Shown piece after piece: positions 61,144 through 64,000 of a DNA stretch of 64,000 nucleotides. Each line of letters opens with the position of its first letter. Position 1 is the stretch's first letter. A model generated the notes under the pieces. The model had not been told where the DNA came from, searched no databases, and was given only the letters and a program-made list of their open reading frames with translations. The DNA comes from Lachnospiraceae bacterium. Its GTDB lineage: Bacteria; Bacillota; Clostridia; Lachnospirales; Lachnospiraceae. The stretch spans positions 8,803-72,802 of the forward strand of contig JAFTPP010000015.1 of assembly GCA_017463255.1 (NCBI GenBank). Reading direction: 5' to 3'. The position numbers and the translations under genes are program-made.

Positions 61144-61288
61144 GAAACGTAGATTTTAGAGAAATGGAAAAAGTTATATTAATGAGAAGATAATATAAAA
61201 AATTGGAGAAATATCTGCTTCACCAATTATACTTGTGAGAGCCATTTCCTTATAAGGAAAAAAATTATGGTGAGGTAAATAAGAGATC

Positions 61289-61516
61289 ATGGAGGAGGTA
61301 TTCAAAGAAGCGCAATTATGCAAAATGATTGGCGAGGATGATGCTTTAGAAATGCCGATAGATGCGAGATATATTAACGCAGACAATATTGTTACGTTAA
61401 TCTCATATGATTTTATGAAATGGAGACCTACATTTGAAAAAGTAGTTGAATTGATAGAGGTGCGAGGACTACCACTTTTTTACCAACAACCATTTGTTGC
61501 ACTTTCAAAACAATAA
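61289..61516 (+). CDS. hypothetical small protein (75 aa)
   Basis: ORF only. Weak RBS (GGTGAGG 12 nt upstream). No motif recognised. Its 3' end overlaps the first 36-nt repeat. Confidence 0.3.
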   Translation: MEEVFKEAQLCKMIGEDDALEMPIDARYINADNIVTLISYDFMKWRPTFEKVVELIEVRGLPLFYQQPFVALSKQ

Positions 61517-61617
61517 AAAAATTAAAGTTTTGAAAGTGAACTGTTGAATAAGTTATATATAAGGTGTTATAATACAATTGGTTTCAAAACAATAAAAAAA
61601 TTAAAGTTTCGAAAGTG
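61503..61617 (+). promoter_or_regulatory. two 36-nt direct repeats (35/36 identical, 79-nt period) flanking a strong promoter-like sequence upstream of the second DUF4143 ATPase
   Basis: Copies at 61503-61538 and 61582-61617 (tttcaaaacaataaaaaaattaaagttt[t/c]gaaagtg). Between them: TTGAAT at 61544-61549, 18-nt spacer, TG-extended TATAAT at 61568-61573. Confidence 0.7.
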
Positions 61618-61625
61618 GTGAAGAT

Positions 61626-62825
61626 ATGAAGACGATTGTAAGAGAAAGATATTTTGAAAGAATTAAAGCATTAAAGGATACTCCTGATATAAAGATTATT
61701 ACTGGTATCAGACGTTCTGGGAAATCTAATTTGATGCAGGCATATATTAATTATTTAAGAAAAGAGTTTGAAGATGTCAATATTATCTTTATTGACTTTA
61801 TGGATTTGGAATTTGAAGAAATAAAGGAATATCACGCTTTGCACAAGTATGTGGAAGATAGATACAATAAGGAAAAGCAGAATTATCTATTTGTGGACGA
61901 AGTACAGTTATGTCCAAATTTTGAGTTGGCAATCAATAGCCTATATTCAAAAAATAAATATGATATCTATATAACCGGTTCAAATGCTTTTTTGCTTAGC
62001 GCTGATTTGGCAACTCTATTCACTGGGAGATATATTGAAATTCATATGTTCCCATTCAGTTTTAGGGAGTATTGTGAATATTATAGTGACCAAGCTGACA
62101 AGGACAAATTGTTCGAAGAATATTTTGTCAAGGGTGGTTTGGCAGGTTCATATGCATACAACACTGACTTGGATAGAACTACTTATATCAAAGAAGTGTA
62201 CGAAACTATTGTAAATAGAGATTTAGTACAAAAATATAATTTGCCTGATACGCAGGTGCTCCGTCAGTTAAGTGAGTTTCTGATGGATAATATAAGCAAT
62301 TTAACTTCTCCGAATAGGGTAAGTGATATTTTGACCGCTAATGAAGTACCGACAAATCATGTGACAATAGGAAAATATATCAAGTATTTATGTAATGCAT
62401 TTATATTTTATGATATTAAGAGATACGACATACGAGGCAAGAAATATTTAGAAACCTCGGATAAGTTTTATATGTGTGATACCGGAATGCGTTATGCAAT
62501 ATTGGGTAGTCGAAACATGGATTATGGACGTGTATATGAAAATATTGTATGCGTAGAGCTTCTGCGTAGGGGATATGAAGTTTATGTTGGAAAACTCTAT
62601 CAAAAAGAAATTGATTTCGTTGCACAACGTGGTAGTGAGAAAATATATATTCAGGTAAGCGATAATATATCTAATCAGGAAACTTTTGAGAGAGAATATT
62701 CTCCGTTGCTGCAAATAAAGGATGCCTATCCAAAGATGATTATAGCAAGGACGAAACATCCTAAATACACATATGAGGGAATTGAAGTGTACGATATCGC
62801 TGATTGGTTACTAAATACTGTCTAA
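61626..62825 (+). CDS. AAA-family ATPase with C-terminal DUF4143-type domain (second copy)
   Basis: Walker A GIRRSGKSNLM and Walker B LFVDEVQ. Same architecture as 48834-50171. Confidence 0.75.
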   Translation: MKTIVRERYFERIKALKDTPDIKIITGIRRSGKSNLMQAYINYLRKEFEDVNIIFIDFMDLEFEEIKEYHALHKYVEDRYNKEKQNYLFVDEVQLCPNFELAINSLYSKNKYDIYITGSNAFLLSADLATLFTGRYIEIHMFPFSFREYCEYYSDQADKDKLFEEYFVKGGLAGSYAYNTDLDRTTYIKEVYETIVNRDLVQKYNLPDTQVLRQLSEFLMDNISNLTSPNRVSDILTANEVPTNHVTIGKYIKYLCNAFIFYDIKRYDIRGKKYLETSDKFYMCDTGMRYAILGSRNMDYGRVYENIVCVELLRRGYEVYVGKLYQKEIDFVAQRGSEKIYIQVSDNISNQETFEREYSPLLQIKDAYPKMIIARTKHPKYTYEGIEVYDIADWLLNTV

Positions 62826-62839
62826 AGAAAGGAATGTGT

Positions 62840-63799
62840 ATGGATACAAATAGTAAGGAGTATGCTCTTAAAAACATTTATAATGATTTTATAAAAGAAT
62901 TAGAAATTGTAAACAGATTTTATCAAATAACTATCGGTTCGTATGGATTGTTCTCAATTATGTCAGAGTCATCCGTCGAATTTAAAAGAGACAAAATTAA
63001 AGATCAAATAGCAGGAAATAAGAAACGTTCATATTCACCTGCGGATAGTGAGGTGGAGACTCCGATTTTGCTATGTGAATGGGTAAGTATGGAGGAGTAT
63101 GCAGATAGAGAACATGTGAGTATGGATGAGTTGGTTTTACAAGGAAACGCGGGAGAACTAGGCGAGATAGTAGAAGATAATGGGATCAAATATATTATAT
63201 GGCCATCTCAATATCAATTTAGTGATAAAAAACCTCAATTCAGAAAAAAACTTTTTAAAGTACCGGTAAAGCAAGAAATGGGGGTCGAAATTGATGTGTC
63301 TAGTCAAGAAGATTTGCTGGGACTTTTAAAATTTCAATATGGGAATCCAGATAAAGCAACTTATGCGGCAACAAAAGTGCTAAACAGAGAAACGTTTCTG
63401 CTATATTGGTCAGCGTTTGAACAATATATAAAGCAAATTGCTATAGCGCTATTTGAAATATATCCGGAGGAAGTTTTTAAAAACAAGAAATATGGAAAAG
63501 AAAATATGAGTTACATGGATATTTATATTAAATCGAATCATTTTACGGATATTCAAGAACTGCGCCTACACATTTTAGATATGATTATTGGAAGTGTTGG
63601 GCAGGCGAATCGTGATTCGATTAGTAAAACAATACAGTTCATAAAAGATTGCTTTATTGATGGTAAAGATAATCCGTATGAAACATGGTATGTATTCGAA
63701 GGTGAAAAAATTAGGACATCATATGTTGCAGTTGATGAAATAAGACGTATAAGAAATGTTCTGGTACATGAGAATGGGATAGCGGGGGGGATGAGATAA
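62840..63799 (+). CDS. hypothetical protein with C-terminal HEPN-like Rx4H motif; the reading frame ends just after a G7 tract and may continue to 63939 in the +1 frame
   Basis: EIRRIRNVLVHENG (RNVLVH = Rx4H). G7 at 63784-63790. One extra G extends the ORF by ~50 aa (GDEIRENSLVNETEDGRIVVTKEMLEKVMLIIKSVSYNLYNCVLRKIKEK*). Confidence 0.6.
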   Translation: MDTNSKEYALKNIYNDFIKELEIVNRFYQITIGSYGLFSIMSESSVEFKRDKIKDQIAGNKKRSYSPADSEVETPILLCEWVSMEEYADREHVSMDELVLQGNAGELGEIVEDNGIKYIIWPSQYQFSDKKPQFRKKLFKVPVKQEMGVEIDVSSQEDLLGLLKFQYGNPDKATYAATKVLNRETFLLYWSAFEQYIKQIAIALFEIYPEEVFKNKKYGKENMSYMDIYIKSNHFTDIQELRLHILDMIIGSVGQANRDSISKTIQFIKDCFIDGKDNPYETWYVFEGEKIRTSYVAVDEIRRIRNVLVHENGIAGGMR

Positions 63800-64000
63800 G
63801 AGAAAACTCGTTAGTTAATGAGACGGAAGATGGACGTATTGTAGTAACTAAGGAAATGTTAGAAAAAGTAATGCTGATTATAAAATCAGTTAGCTACAAC
63901 CTTTACAACTGTGTTTTACGGAAAATAAAAGAAAAATAACTACACAGTAGGCATAATGGAAAGTGGTCGGGGTGCCAACAAATAAAGGGATTATTGGACA

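Noticed and set aside
50889-63790. Treating the two G-run frameshifts (Fic at 50889-50891, HEPN gene at 63784-63790) as proven pseudogenisation or phase variation
   Set aside because: Both are repaired by adding a single G, which is also the signature of homopolymer under-calling in some sequencing chemistries. Without reads this cannot be distinguished, so they are reported as open questions only.
48600-64000. Searched for CRISPR arrays, IS transposases and restriction-modification genes in the island
   Set aside because: The only repeats are 2-3 copy elements (18-nt, 19-nt, 30-nt and 36-nt) without regular spacer architecture. No transposase, Cas, methyltransferase or restriction-enzyme motifs were recognised.

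Overview
This is a low-GC Firmicutes/Clostridia-type chromosome segment. The evidence is lipobox lipoproteins, a T-box leader, several methyl-accepting chemotaxis proteins (MCPs), c-di-GMP enzymes and plant-glycan glycoside hydrolases; the taxon itself is inference.

Positions 1 to ~48.6 kb look like ordinary core chromosome:
- a hybrid histidine kinase and a HIT protein
- a GH5 lipoprotein and lacZ (GH2)
- feoA/feoB plus the Feo-associated Cys-rich peptide
- an ArsB/NhaD permease, two cytidylate-kinase-like paralogs and a DtxR-family repressor
- three MCPs, one fused to PilZ
- an ABC exporter pair and tRNA-Gly(GCC)
- a Trp T-box leader driving an orphan TrpB2
- a PurF-like protein without the Cys1 nucleophile
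- metF, a class II aldolase with a microcompartment-type C-terminal tail, aroA, an ABC-F ATPase and pyrF
- two GGDEF proteins
- GH43 and GH51 arabinan enzymes
- a short MocR/PdxR-like regulator divergent from pdxK

Positions ~48.7 to 64 kb are an accessory, conflict-gene-rich island:
- two AAA/DUF4143 ATPases
- an XRE-HTH/VbhA-like antitoxin with a frameshifted Fic gene
- a 14-codon pyrE 5' fragment
- a 1025-aa NB-ARC/TPR STAND NTPase with an unrecognisable N-terminal domain
- a Xer-like tyrosine recombinase
- a very AT-rich 4.7-kb cassette: an effector-less STAND ATPase convergent with an SHMT-fold PLP enzyme + Zn-MDR dehydrogenase operon
- a HEPN-motif protein interrupted at a G7 tract

The best candidate for something undescribed is the AT-rich cassette. 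It is bracketed by a perfect 30-nt inverted repeat. Each copy has a recombinase-core-like dyad and sits in the 5' leader of one of the two convergent transcription units, right next to the recombinase. This suggests either a large invertible promoter-swap switch or a shared operator.

No CRISPR array, rRNA or transposase was seen. All functional calls come from motif recognition by eye, not database searches.
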